The notes under the pieces were generated by a model that saw only the letters and a program-made list of their open reading frames with translations, ran no database searches and was not told the origin of the DNA. This document shows, in pieces, positions 17,064-26,131 of a stretch of 32,000 bases of DNA (the stretch's first letter is position 1; the number at the start of each line of letters is the position of its first letter). Source of the stretch: Amycolatopsis sp. NPDC059021 (GTDB lineage Bacteria; Actinomycetota; Actinomycetes; Mycobacteriales; Pseudonocardiaceae); NCBI RefSeq assembly GCF_042739895.1, contig NZ_JBHYIQ010000063.1:14471-46470 (forward strand), read 5' to 3'. The position numbers and the translations under genes are program-made.

Positions 17064-20000
17064 CGCTGGCCCCAAGACCGGCGATCTTCTTCAGGGCGGC
17101 ACCGAACTTCGGGTAGTTCGCCTTCACACCGTCGTCCAGGTCGATCGCCAGCTGACGAGAAGCCAGTGGGTACAACACGTCGTGCTCGTACTCCTCAAGC
17201 TCCACAAGCACCTTGCGCAACCGATCGGCCTCCTTCTGAGCCGCCGCCTGCTGACGTGGCGTACCGCCGCCAGCCGCCAGGCGCTCCTGCTGCTGCAGGC
17301 TCGACGAGAGCTTGGCCCGGAACTCGCGCAGGTACTCGTTGAGCACAGTCGAGACTGTGGACGGCGTGTAACGGTGCATGTAGATCAGGGCGTTGAACGA
17401 GCCCTTGGGGCTGGAGAAGAGCCAATAGATCGGGCGCTTCTTGTACCGTTGTACGTGGTCCTTGTAGAAGGACCTCACGAAGTAGTCACGGATGTTCTTA
17501 ACACCGAGCGACTCGGTCACGAAGCGCAGGTTTTCCTCGAAATGCTGCTCTCCGAAGGCCGCACGGAGGAACGTGCGGAAGCGAGCAACGATGTCGTCCT
17601 CGAACCAATCCCCATTCACAACGGGGATGACGTTGTCCATGTCTGGAGCGAACGTCGGGCTTGGCACCTTGGCGAGGTAATTCTGGACCGTGGCACCCTG
17701 GTCGGCGAGGATGAGCCCCGGCTCATCCAGGCTGTAGCGACCGAACATGCAGCCGATGGCGTAGGAGACGAAGTCTTCGACCAGGAGCCGAGCAGCGGCC
17801 AGCCGATCGCGGAGACAATCGTCAATGAGACCAGTCGGACGCTGAGCCTCCAGTGCGAACGCATCCTCACCAACTGCGCCAGAGGCTCGGAAGTGGTCTT
17901 CAATCTCCCGCTCGATCCCCAAGATAGCGTCCTCCTGCGCGAGCCGCTCAGCACAGTCGGCCTCAAGAGCGTCCCGAGTCTTGAGTAAGGCTTCGCTCGA
18001 CCGAAGGTGGGAACCGCTGAACGATGGAGATGTCTCCAGCCGGCTCCAGATAGCAGTTGCGTGGGCCAGCGCCTGCTCGACGCGGGCGGTCACGAAGGTC
18101 GGATCGTTCGGCGGGATGACAGGGATACGACCGACGGGACCCTCGTGATAGTCCAAGGTTGGAGACAGAGAGTCGATCAACTCCCGAGCGATCGGCGTGT
18201 TCAGATAGCCAAGCAACCAGCGAAGGTCGCTCTCTCGCGACGGGAACAGCATCGAGCCCTTCGTCTCAAAGATATATCCAGCGGGAGAGAACCGCATTGC
18301 GAACTCGCCCGACAGGCTCGACCAGGTTGCTCCCTCCCGGAAGTAGTACGCTGTATTCTGGGCTCGCGACTTGGGCCGACCGCCTGACTCGGCACCAAAG
18401 GCCCTGATCTCCTTGCCGTCTTCGTACCAGTCGACGATATACTCATCATTGCCAGCCCATCGGCGTGGAGTTCCTCCCTTCTGCAAAGGGAACCACTTGG
18501 CCTTCGAATTTGCAGCCTCAGTGCCGTCGGTTGCGTTTCGATTGGTCCGCGAAGCCGACACCTCCCACCAATAGCGAAGGAAGCGGTTATTGTCGCCCGT
18601 CGCAAGCCCCTGACGCGTCACCCCAAGCGTTGAGAGTGGGGGGAAGTCACGGTAGATGGCGAGCTCCTCCGGTCGCAACCAGTAGGCGAACGGACTGCCA
18701 TCAATGCCAAGGAATAAAAACTGCTTAACGACAAAACTCTGATACGTGGGGTTAAGAAAGAATTGCTCAAGCGCGTCCCGCTGCCTCACTTCGAGCGCAC
18801 GCTCATAGAGCTTCCGATAGATAGCGGAACAGTTCACGTCAGGCTTGGACCGCAGGACAACAAATGCCGCCGAAGCCCAGTCGGACCCGAAGACGCCACG
18901 GCCGAAATGCACAAGGCTCGTGAGAATATTTTCCGACAGGAATAAGCGTCGCCAATCCGCGAATGACGACTGGAACATCCAGCCATGCGGAGAGATAATG
19001 CCCCAAGCTCCGCCCCCGAGACACAAGGAAGCCGCCCGTTCCATGAACATGTTGTAGAAGTCAGACCTCGTCATCGGGAAGTTGTTCTTGGCAAACCGAA
19101 CAAGCACGTCGCCCATGCTGTTGCTACCCATGTAGGGAGGGTTTGCGACCACTACAACATACCGCGGCGCAAGGTACTCGGCCTGGAGAACGACCCGCTC
19201 GGCCCGATCAAGCAGGTCGGTCAGGAGAATATCCGTGCCATCGTCGAGTTCGGAGAGGTGCTGCTTGAGACTAGCGGTGAGCTCGGGGTCAGGCTGAATC
19301 AGTGATCCAAGGACGTCCCCGTGCTCGAACTGGTTCCAGAACGCCGACTCAGCATCACGGTCACCGCCACGTATCAGCAGGAAGTCAATCTCGGCCAGTG
19401 TGAAGCGGATCGGTTCGAGGACGCAGACGTTGGGCTCGATCTGTTTGTTGAAGAACATGCGCTGCTTCGCGCGGGCCTTCATCGTCAGGGCGAAGGCTGC
19501 AAGTGCCCCAGCACGCGGGTCGATCTCGATCCCGTAGAGATTGTTGGTCAGGATGAGCCCAGGAATCTCGGCCGGGGCGTAGCCCTCTTCCTCATAGATG
19601 GCGTAGAGCAGGTCGAAGGCATAGGTCAGCATGTGTCCAGAACCACAGGCGGGGTCGACGACCTTGAGCTCCTTGGGGCCACCGATCTTGAGGAAGTCGG
19701 TCTCCTCGTCGGCTGGGGCGATGTAGTACTGCATCTGGTCAACGAGCCGAGAAGACGGACGATTGAGCATCCACAAGCGACCGAGGGAGTTCTCGACGAG
19801 GTAGCGGACGATCCAGTGCGGCGTGAAGAGCTGAGTGGCTGCGGGGATCTCGTCTGCGCCGGCCTTCTTGTTCTTCTTGAAGCTGGCGAAGACCTCATCT
19901 TTGCGCTCCGAGATGTAGAATTGGTACAGCCAGCCGATCACCTCGACGTTCTGGCAGGCATCGGAGGTGAGTACTTTGACGGCACGGCTCAGCACCGAGT

Positions 20001-20547
20001 CGTCGGCCAGCAGGTTAGCCGGGATGAGCAGCTCGGTAAAGTCGCCCTCCCGCTCGAACATGAACGGCATGGCGCGGTTCCAATAGCGGCAATAATCCGC
20101 GAGCAGCAACGCGTAAGCCTCGCTTTGAGCGTCGCCGCTGCGCCGGGTACCATTGAGGAGACTCATCACCATCTCGCGAGTCTTGGTCCCGACCACCGTG
20201 GCGTCGATGTTGCCGCGCTTGGCTTCGGCCAGGATCTCGGGCTGACCTGACTCGACGCCAGGCTGTGGCGAGACGACTCCGACGCCGGTGTATCCGTTGG
20301 CGTCCATGAAACGCAGGGCGATGATCCGGTTGAACCAGGTGTAGGCGCCCCGATCGGCAACCACCGTTTTGCCCTTGTCGCCGCCACCAGCCGTCGCGAT
20401 GGCCTTCTCCAGGGCTTCTACGGCCCCGGGTTGCTCGACCCGCTCGAGCGAGGCTTGGGCCAGCACCACGGCGATACGCGCGCTCACCTCGCGAATGAGC
20501 GCCGTACGTGCCCAGGTGGCGAACGACTTCAGCGGTGCGGTTTCCAT
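17056..20547 (-). CDS. pglX: BREX PglX N6-adenine DNA methyltransferase
   Basis: 1163 aa. The SAM motif I VVDPACGSGHML is at nt 19627-19662, and the catalytic motif IV NPPY is at nt 19132-19143. The start overlaps the brxC stop (TGATG). Confidence 0.95.
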   Translation of the reverse strand: METAPLKSFATWARTALIREVSARIAVVLAQASLERVEQPGAVEALEKAIATAGGGDKGKTVVADRGAYTWFNRIIALRFMDANGYTGVGVVSPQPGVESGQPEILAEAKRGNIDATVVGTKTREMVMSLLNGTRRSGDAQSEAYALLLADYCRYWNRAMPFMFEREGDFTELLIPANLLADDSVLSRAVKVLTSDACQNVEVIGWLYQFYISERKDEVFASFKKNKKAGADEIPAATQLFTPHWIVRYLVENSLGRLWMLNRPSSRLVDQMQYYIAPADEETDFLKIGGPKELKVVDPACGSGHMLTYAFDLLYAIYEEEGYAPAEIPGLILTNNLYGIEIDPRAGALAAFALTMKARAKQRMFFNKQIEPNVCVLEPIRFTLAEIDFLLIRGGDRDAESAFWNQFEHGDVLGSLIQPDPELTASLKQHLSELDDGTDILLTDLLDRAERVVLQAEYLAPRYVVVVANPPYMGSNSMGDVLVRFAKNNFPMTRSDFYNMFMERAASLCLGGGAWGIISPHGWMFQSSFADWRRLFLSENILTSLVHFGRGVFGSDWASAAFVVLRSKPDVNCSAIYRKLYERALEVRQRDALEQFFLNPTYQSFVVKQFLFLGIDGSPFAYWLRPEELAIYRDFPPLSTLGVTRQGLATGDNNRFLRYWWEVSASRTNRNATDGTEAANSKAKWFPLQKGGTPRRWAGNDEYIVDWYEDGKEIRAFGAESGGRPKSRAQNTAYYFREGATWSSLSGEFAMRFSPAGYIFETKGSMLFPSRESDLRWLLGYLNTPIARELIDSLSPTLDYHEGPVGRIPVIPPNDPTFVTARVEQALAHATAIWSRLETSPSFSGSHLRSSEALLKTRDALEADCAERLAQEDAILGIEREIEDHFRASGAVGEDAFALEAQRPTGLIDDCLRDRLAAARLLVEDFVSYAIGCMFGRYSLDEPGLILADQGATVQNYLAKVPSPTFAPDMDNVIPVVNGDWFEDDIVARFRTFLRAAFGEQHFEENLRFVTESLGVKNIRDYFVRSFYKDHVQRYKKRPIYWLFSSPKGSFNALIYMHRYTPSTVSTVLNEYLREFRAKLSSSLQQQERLAAGGGTPRQQAAAQKEADRLRKVLVELEEYEHDVLYPLASRQLAIDLDDGVKANYPKFGAALKKIAGLGASDE

Positions 20548-23500
20548 CAGAGAGAGATTCGCTTTCCGTCGTTCAGGGTCTGGACGAGTGCTGTGCGCAA
20601 GGCGGCAAGATACCGATCGACGTCCTCTTCCGTTTCCAGCACACCCGAGACGCCGGTGGCTGAGATGGCCTTGACCGACACGGTCTGCTTCGGTGGAGAA
20701 GCATCGTCTCCTCCTCCACCCTGCGTTGATGCGGCCAGCAGATCGAGCAAGCCCGGATAAACGGACGCCTCGAAGCTCGAGCCGATCTCCCGGATGAGGG
20801 CGATCTGGTCTTGGGAGCGGACGTGGGAGACTGTCTGGTCAATTCGGCCAAGCACGCTCTTCTGGGCATCCAGCGCTGCCTTGGCGTAAATGGCAGTCGC
20901 TTTGATCTCAGCCTTACGTCCCTCGATTGCCTCGACGACCTCCGCGCAGTTCGACGCGACGACTTCGTCGATCTGGGCGCGTAGCTGGTCGTTGGCTTGC
21001 TTGAGCTGGGCCATCTTGCTGCCGCGAAAGGCGTTCGGGTCGTCCAGGGCAGCGCGCACCGCAGTGTCGCTCCCAGACGGCAGATAACCGAGGTTGATGC
21101 TGTGAGTGGCCAACAGATCGACAGCCTGGTCGTAGATGACCTTTTGGCCACCGCTGAGGAATGCCTGGATCGGGTCAATCGTGCTGTCCTTGGCGTCGAG
21201 CAAGTCGTCGCCAAGGTTGAAGTCGGTCAGGTACCAGTCGTCGGGTTTTCCGACCACTCGGTCAAGCAGGGCGATCGGAGTGGAGAGCTCCGCCACGAAG
21301 GGGTACTTCGAACCCGTGATGGTCGCGTTGAGCTCGTCGCGCTTGGCCTTCAGCTTGTCGGCCCCGTGGCGGGCGAGTTCCAGCGGGTCTTTGGGGGTGT
21401 TGCCCTCGTCGAAGAAGTCGGTGCAGAACTTGCGGAAGGCGGCGACCTTGTGCTCGTCGAAAGTCTTTTGGGGAGACACCACGACGTGTGCGTGCTTCTG
21501 GGTGTTGCGCAGGACAGCGGCAGCTTCGGAACGTTTGAGGACATTCCCGTCGACCGTGAGCGTGAGCTTGGATGTGCCCACCAGGAAGGCGATCAGAACC
21601 TCGATCGAGGCTAGGTCCCAGCCGTAGGGCTTCGCCGTGAAGCTGTCGACGATGGTCCTGATCGTGACCTGCTCACCGAGCGCCTCCTTGCGGAGAACGA
21701 AGGACAACACCTCCTCCGTTGGGGCGAAGAGCTTGCTGGCGGTATCTGCATCGAACAGCCCGCTGTCGGGCTTGACAGCCGCGGCGACCTGCTGCTCGCT
21801 GTAAGTCGTACCGCCGAGCAGCTTGAGCTGAGAATAGGTGCGGCTGACGAGGTCCTGGAAGCCGTCGGTCACTCGAACGAGCGCGTCCTGGGAGCTTGGG
21901 GTGATGTCGGCGGCGTTGATGACCAAAGAGGACTTGCCCACCGAGGCCTTTACCCGCTCGATGAGCTCCTTCTCGCGGCCGATGTTCTGTGCACCCTTGG
22001 TCTGCAGGATCTGGCCCTCGATGACCGAGATCGAGTTGCTCTGCTTGCGCTTGATGTACTTCTCGGTCCTGACCAACAACCTCAGATCCGAGAGCACTCG
22101 GGCGTCCGGTTCGAGGATGACGCGCAGCTCGTCCTTGCCCGCGCTGTGCATGCGGATCTCTTCGGGCGAGTGCGGATACTCCGGCGAGATGAAGTGGATC
22201 GCCAGCTCGCGCTGCGGACCATGGGCCTGGTCGTCGAGCTTGAAGCCGAACGGGAAGTCCTGACCGTTCTTGACGTAGCGGATCTTGTTCGTCTTGATGA
22301 CGTCGCCCGAGAGCATCTTGAACAGCCGCGCGCTGATTTCGGAGTCGTCGATGTCGACGTTCTTGATCTCTTCCTCGATGACCTGCTCTTCGTTGGTCAG
22401 ATACTCATAGGCGTTGCCGTTGCGCTGAATGTAGGTCTGCGCCTCCAGCACGGTCAGCGCTTCCTTAACCTGCTCCGAGAGCGCGGGAAGGTCGAGGCCG
22501 AAGTGGTCGTAGACCAGCACCGTGAGGTTGCGCCGGGTCGCCTGAAAGCTCTCGACGTATTTGACCAGGAACAAAGCCTTGAGCAAGCGGACTGCCAGCG
22601 GGTTGTCGAGGTTGCGCTCGGCGACGTCGATCGAGCGCTGGGCGGCCGACTTCAGCGCGGCGCGGATGCCGGCGAACATGCTGTCGAACGTGGCGAGCTT
22701 GCCTACCTCAACATTGCCGACGTCCTTGGCGACCTGCTGGACGACGCCGAGCAACGAGCGCTCGCCCACCGACCTGTTGCGCCCCTCGAAAACGTTATGG
22801 TCGGAGAGGCCCTCGATCGCGGCCTGGAACAGCGGGAACTGATAGCTGACGAACGGGTAGGTCCCGACGAAGTGGGATTCGTCGGTGTAGTTGCGGTAGG
22901 TCTTGGCCCCGTCGACGAAGTCGAACAGCGTTTTGAAGTTAGCGTGCTGGTCGGCGTGGATCGTACTCAACACAGCCGCACCGGCGTCGTTCTTCTCAAG
23001 CAGACGCTTGCGGATGACCTCCTCAACATCGGCACTGGTGAGTTTGAGGCGAGTCTTGAAGCGGGCCTGGATCTTGGAGAAGTCGTTGCCCTGCTGTCTG
23101 GTCCGGTCGCCGATGACCTTATCCATGTCCTCCTGCGAGGTCACGAAAACCCACGCCCGGCCAGAGCACCTGGTGTTGAGCGACTCGGTGATGGTCTGCA
23201 GGTTGAGCATCAGCTTGGTGTCCGAGCCGATGAACTGGCCGACCTCGTCGACGAAGAACGCCAGCCGGAAGGTCGGGTCGCCCTGCTTGTCCAGCCAGGC
23301 CTTGACCTCGTTGGCGAAGTCGTCGATCGAGACGGAATACGAGGCGCTGTACTGCTGGATGATGCTGTCGGCGGTCCCGCCATTGACCTCGGCGAAAGCC
23401 TGGTCGATGCTCGGACCTTCCAACGCGCTCTGCTCGCGTCCCTGTGTCCAGGGGATCCCGGCGATGCGTTCGAACGCCGATTGGAAGGCCGCGTACTGGC

Positions 23501-24017
23501 CGCGGTTGTCTAGATCGCGCTCGAACCGGGCGACATGGCCGTGGTTGCCGTAGTAGCCGCAGCTCTCGTCAAACACCTTGACGAACACCTTGAGCAAAGC
23601 GTCGGTTTGGTCCTTGCTGATCAGGTTGGCCTTTTGGTCGATGTTGAACAACAGGCTCTTGGCGGGAATACGGTCGGCCTTGTTGAGCAGGCCTGGGAGA
23701 AAGGCGTCAGAGCTCTTCGCCCGGAAGCTGTCAGAGACGCTCTGGCGCGGGTAGTCTTGACCCTCGACGTCACCGAGGAGGTGGGCGAGCATTTTGAGCA
23801 TGTGCGACTTGCCGGAGCCGAAGAAGCCGGAGATCCACACACCGTTGGCGTTGGTGTAGGACGTGTACTCCTCAAGTAGAAGCTCCAAGCCCTTCGCGGC
23901 TTCGTTGGTCAGGACGTACTCCTCGACCTCAGTGCCCAAGTGTGCGACGTCGTCGGCCTTAATAACGCCTTCGATCGGGCGCTGGATGTCCTTGGCGAAA
24001 ATCTCGCTGAGCTGCAT
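20547..24017 (-). CDS. brxC: BREX BrxC (large P-loop ATPase)
   Basis: Walker A GFFGSGKS is at nt 23805-23828, and Walker B-like FFVDEVGQF is present. The N-terminus MQLSEIFAKDIQRPIEGVIKADD is typical of BrxC. ATG 24017 lies 10 nt after AGGAGG. The listed GTG 24026 is an alternative start. Confidence 0.92.
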   Translation of the reverse strand: MQLSEIFAKDIQRPIEGVIKADDVAHLGTEVEEYVLTNEAAKGLELLLEEYTSYTNANGVWISGFFGSGKSHMLKMLAHLLGDVEGQDYPRQSVSDSFRAKSSDAFLPGLLNKADRIPAKSLLFNIDQKANLISKDQTDALLKVFVKVFDESCGYYGNHGHVARFERDLDNRGQYAAFQSAFERIAGIPWTQGREQSALEGPSIDQAFAEVNGGTADSIIQQYSASYSVSIDDFANEVKAWLDKQGDPTFRLAFFVDEVGQFIGSDTKLMLNLQTITESLNTRCSGRAWVFVTSQEDMDKVIGDRTRQQGNDFSKIQARFKTRLKLTSADVEEVIRKRLLEKNDAGAAVLSTIHADQHANFKTLFDFVDGAKTYRNYTDESHFVGTYPFVSYQFPLFQAAIEGLSDHNVFEGRNRSVGERSLLGVVQQVAKDVGNVEVGKLATFDSMFAGIRAALKSAAQRSIDVAERNLDNPLAVRLLKALFLVKYVESFQATRRNLTVLVYDHFGLDLPALSEQVKEALTVLEAQTYIQRNGNAYEYLTNEEQVIEEEIKNVDIDDSEISARLFKMLSGDVIKTNKIRYVKNGQDFPFGFKLDDQAHGPQRELAIHFISPEYPHSPEEIRMHSAGKDELRVILEPDARVLSDLRLLVRTEKYIKRKQSNSISVIEGQILQTKGAQNIGREKELIERVKASVGKSSLVINAADITPSSQDALVRVTDGFQDLVSRTYSQLKLLGGTTYSEQQVAAAVKPDSGLFDADTASKLFAPTEEVLSFVLRKEALGEQVTIRTIVDSFTAKPYGWDLASIEVLIAFLVGTSKLTLTVDGNVLKRSEAAAVLRNTQKHAHVVVSPQKTFDEHKVAAFRKFCTDFFDEGNTPKDPLELARHGADKLKAKRDELNATITGSKYPFVAELSTPIALLDRVVGKPDDWYLTDFNLGDDLLDAKDSTIDPIQAFLSGGQKVIYDQAVDLLATHSINLGYLPSGSDTAVRAALDDPNAFRGSKMAQLKQANDQLRAQIDEVVASNCAEVVEAIEGRKAEIKATAIYAKAALDAQKSVLGRIDQTVSHVRSQDQIALIREIGSSFEASVYPGLLDLLAASTQGGGGDDASPPKQTVSVKAISATGVSGVLETEEDVDRYLAALRTALVQTLNDGKRISL

Positions 24018-24022
24018 CGAGC

Positions 24023-24622
24023 TCACGCCTCCTGTTCCAGGATGTTCTTGGCTCGGTAGTACTGGTCGTCCTTAAGCCGACCGAACAATACGAGCGAGGA
24101 GCCCAACGTGGCGGACTGCTCGTAGCGGCCTGGGAAGAACATGAGCATCGGCTTGACTTTGACCACCGACTGCAGGTTGTTCAGCACGTTGTGCGAGCGA
24201 ATATGCGGGAAGACCTCTCCGATCCCGGTAAGGAAGAAGATGTCGAAGTCGACCTGCGCGAGCCGGTCACGGATCGCCGGGGCGAGGTGCAGTTGCGGGT
24301 CGAGCATTCCCTGGAGCATCTCGCGGAAATCGGCCTTGTCCCGGTCGGGCTCGATGGCGAGGACCCGATCCCAGACGCCTCGCTCCCTCAGGAGTTCGAC
24401 AGACAGGTCGTAGAGGTTGATCTCGAACACGGTGATTCCGGTGTTGGACAGCCGGTTCTTGATACGCTTCTTGGCCGCCGCGACAGCAAGTGCGTCCTCC
24501 GGCGGGTACGGGTAGATGAAGAACGGGACTTCGTTGCTCAGGCCCTCCATCTGCAGGAACCGCTTCCCGCTGAGTACCGCGAACAGGTGGTCTTCCTGCT
24601 GCGACAGAGTTTTCGGGATCAC
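24023..24622 (-). CDS. brxB: BREX BrxB (DUF1788-like)
   Basis: 199 aa, second gene of the operon, with a GTGA overlap with the brxA stop. Size and position fit BrxB. I recognise no catalytic motifs. Confidence 0.85.
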   Translation of the reverse strand: MIPKTLSQQEDHLFAVLSGKRFLQMEGLSNEVPFFIYPYPPEDALAVAAAKKRIKNRLSNTGITVFEINLYDLSVELLRERGVWDRVLAIEPDRDKADFREMLQGMLDPQLHLAPAIRDRLAQVDFDIFFLTGIGEVFPHIRSHNVLNNLQSVVKVKPMLMFFPGRYEQSATLGSSLVLFGRLKDDQYYRAKNILEQEA

Positions 24623-25311
24623 AGCGCAGCCCCCTGTTTCGCGGTTGGCCGGGTCGGGAAGAACCGCAGGTCACTCGGCGTGCGGGCGCTGAGGGCGGCA
24701 ACGACTCGCTCGGATAGTACGGTCGGCCTGATGCACCCAGCCGCCGACAACAGCTCGGCTTCCCGCAGCATCTTAAACACGTTTGACCTCAGCTTCTGCA
24801 GCGTCGAGTCCTTGATCGCGGCCAGCTCTTCATGCCACAGCGCCTTGGTTCGGACGAAGCTGTCGAAGTCCTGGTACTCCAGTGTCGAGGCCAGGAGCAA
24901 AAAGCGCTCCCGCACGACCTCCTCGGCAAACTCACCGATGAGCTTGTAACGGCGGCAAGCAGCGGCCCACATGAGGTATCCACGCTCGGAGGATGTCGCC
25001 TTGGTCAAGAGCGCGACTTCGTCGTCGGCAAGCACGGAGAGCCGCTTCACGGTCTCGCGGACCAGACGGACTCTCGTGCTATGGGTACGTGCCTGAAGCA
25101 GGTTGCCCTGTACCGCTTGGTCGCGGACCTGCTCCCAGTCACGCCGCTCGAGGTAGACGGGCACAAGCACCGCGGCCTCACGCGCCAAGAGGGCGCCCGT
25201 GGTGAACGAGAGCGCGTACCGCCGCGCTGCCGCCAACGGGCCGTTCATCGATCCTTCCTTCCGGTTTCTGGGCAGGTCGAACAGGCCATCCAGAGTGGCC
25301 GTCTTACTCAT
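24619..25311 (-). CDS. brxA: BREX BrxA (DUF1819-like)
   Basis: First gene of the operon, about 230 aa from ATG 25311. That start overlaps the stop of the upstream HTH reading frame (ATGAGTAA). The listed start 25350 would overlap by 47 nt. Confidence 0.8.
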   Translation of the reverse strand: MSKTATLDGLFDLPRNRKEGSMNGPLAAARRYALSFTTGALLAREAAVLVPVYLERRDWEQVRDQAVQGNLLQARTHSTRVRLVRETVKRLSVLADDEVALLTKATSSERGYLMWAAACRRYKLIGEFAEEVVRERFLLLASTLEYQDFDSFVRTKALWHEELAAIKDSTLQKLRSNVFKMLREAELLSAAGCIRPTVLSERVVAALSARTPSDLRFFPTRPTAKQGAAL

Positions 25312-25529
25312 CGCCAAGAGAAGTTCCTTCACCCGACGACGCCGCGCCACCGCTTCGAACCCACTCGTCGACCTCTCTCGCCTGGAACTTCCACAACCAA
25401 CCCCCCTCGTGCGCCACCATCTCCTTCTCCGCGATCCACGAGTAGACCGTGTCCTTTCGTAACACCGAGGTGAGTCGCGATGTTGTCAGCGGAGAGCCAG
25501 GGGTCAGCCACGAGGCAACCTCCAGCCAT
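25304..25529 (-). pseudogene. excisionase/MerR-like (HTH_17) small DNA-binding protein, frameshifted
   Basis: The frame from ATG 25529 gives MAGGCLVADPWLSADNIATHLGVTK. A frame offset by one nucleotide continues DTVYSWIAEKEMVAHEGGWLWKFQAREVDEWVRSGGA. Joined, they make a canonical HTH_17 protein. The join requires removing one G at 25453/25454 (minus-strand AAAGGAC). Confidence 0.65.
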
Positions 25530-25829
25530 CCAGCAGTCACGAACACGCTAAGGATCTCACCTTACTGGGAAGACCCTGCTTGACCCGTCTAGTCTGATGC
25601 GACAGGCAACAACCCGTCTCAGGCGGCTCCGCCTCGTAGACGCCCAGCTGCAAGAACCCATCTGTTCAGCTGTCGGCACCGACAGGACGGTTCTGCGAAC
25701 TGGCCGCTGCCGATGCGGTCGCTGGTTCCGCGACGTGGGCCCCCTATTCGTGTCATGCCCGAGCCGGCTACGCATCCAGCACATCACGAACGCCAAGTCA
25801 TCAACCTTGCGACTGCACCGCGATCCCAT

Positions 25830-26020
25830 CGGGCGGTGATCTACTTGCGGATGTCCTCGGTAAGTCACGTGAGGCGAGATTACGCCCCAGAGGATCTCGA
25901 TCCCTCCGGCGCGAGGCCTGCTGCCGCGGAGTCGAACAGCTCGGCTTGGTGATCGTGGAGGAGTACGCCGAACCAGGCCGGTCAGCCGAGAAGATCGCCA
26001 AGCGTGCCGCGTTCAAGCGT
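25830..26020 (+). pseudogene. serine recombinase (resolvase-domain) N-terminal stub, frameshifted and truncated
   Basis: RAVIYLRMSS (catalytic-Ser motif region) is at 25830-25859. After a frameshift near 25880-25915 the sequence continues REACCRGVEQLGLVIVEEYAEPGRSAEKIAKRAAFKR. The remainder of the catalytic domain is absent. Confidence 0.55.
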
Positions 26021-26131
26021 GCGGACTGCACGCCGGGCCCGAGGAGAAACGACCTCCTCGGCACCGCCCTGCCACGCAGCGTTGCAGGCGCTGGCCGGCT
26101 ACGCGCAATACACTGAATTAACTCAACATGA

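Noticed and set aside
18638-18643. A G6/C6 run inside pglX, considered as a possible phase-variation tract like the poly-G tract reported in Streptomyces coelicolor pglX.
   Set aside because: Six nucleotides is too short for efficient slipped-strand switching. The frame is intact and no longer homopolymer or SSR was seen in the operon.
25621-25685. Two short palindromes upstream of the HTH/brxA genes, AGGCGG-ct-CCGCCT (25621-25634) and CTGTCGG-ca-CCGACAG (25670-25685), considered as candidate operators.
   Set aside because: Palindromes with 6-7-bp arms are frequent by chance in GC-rich DNA. There is no repeated copy and no clear -35/-10 context.
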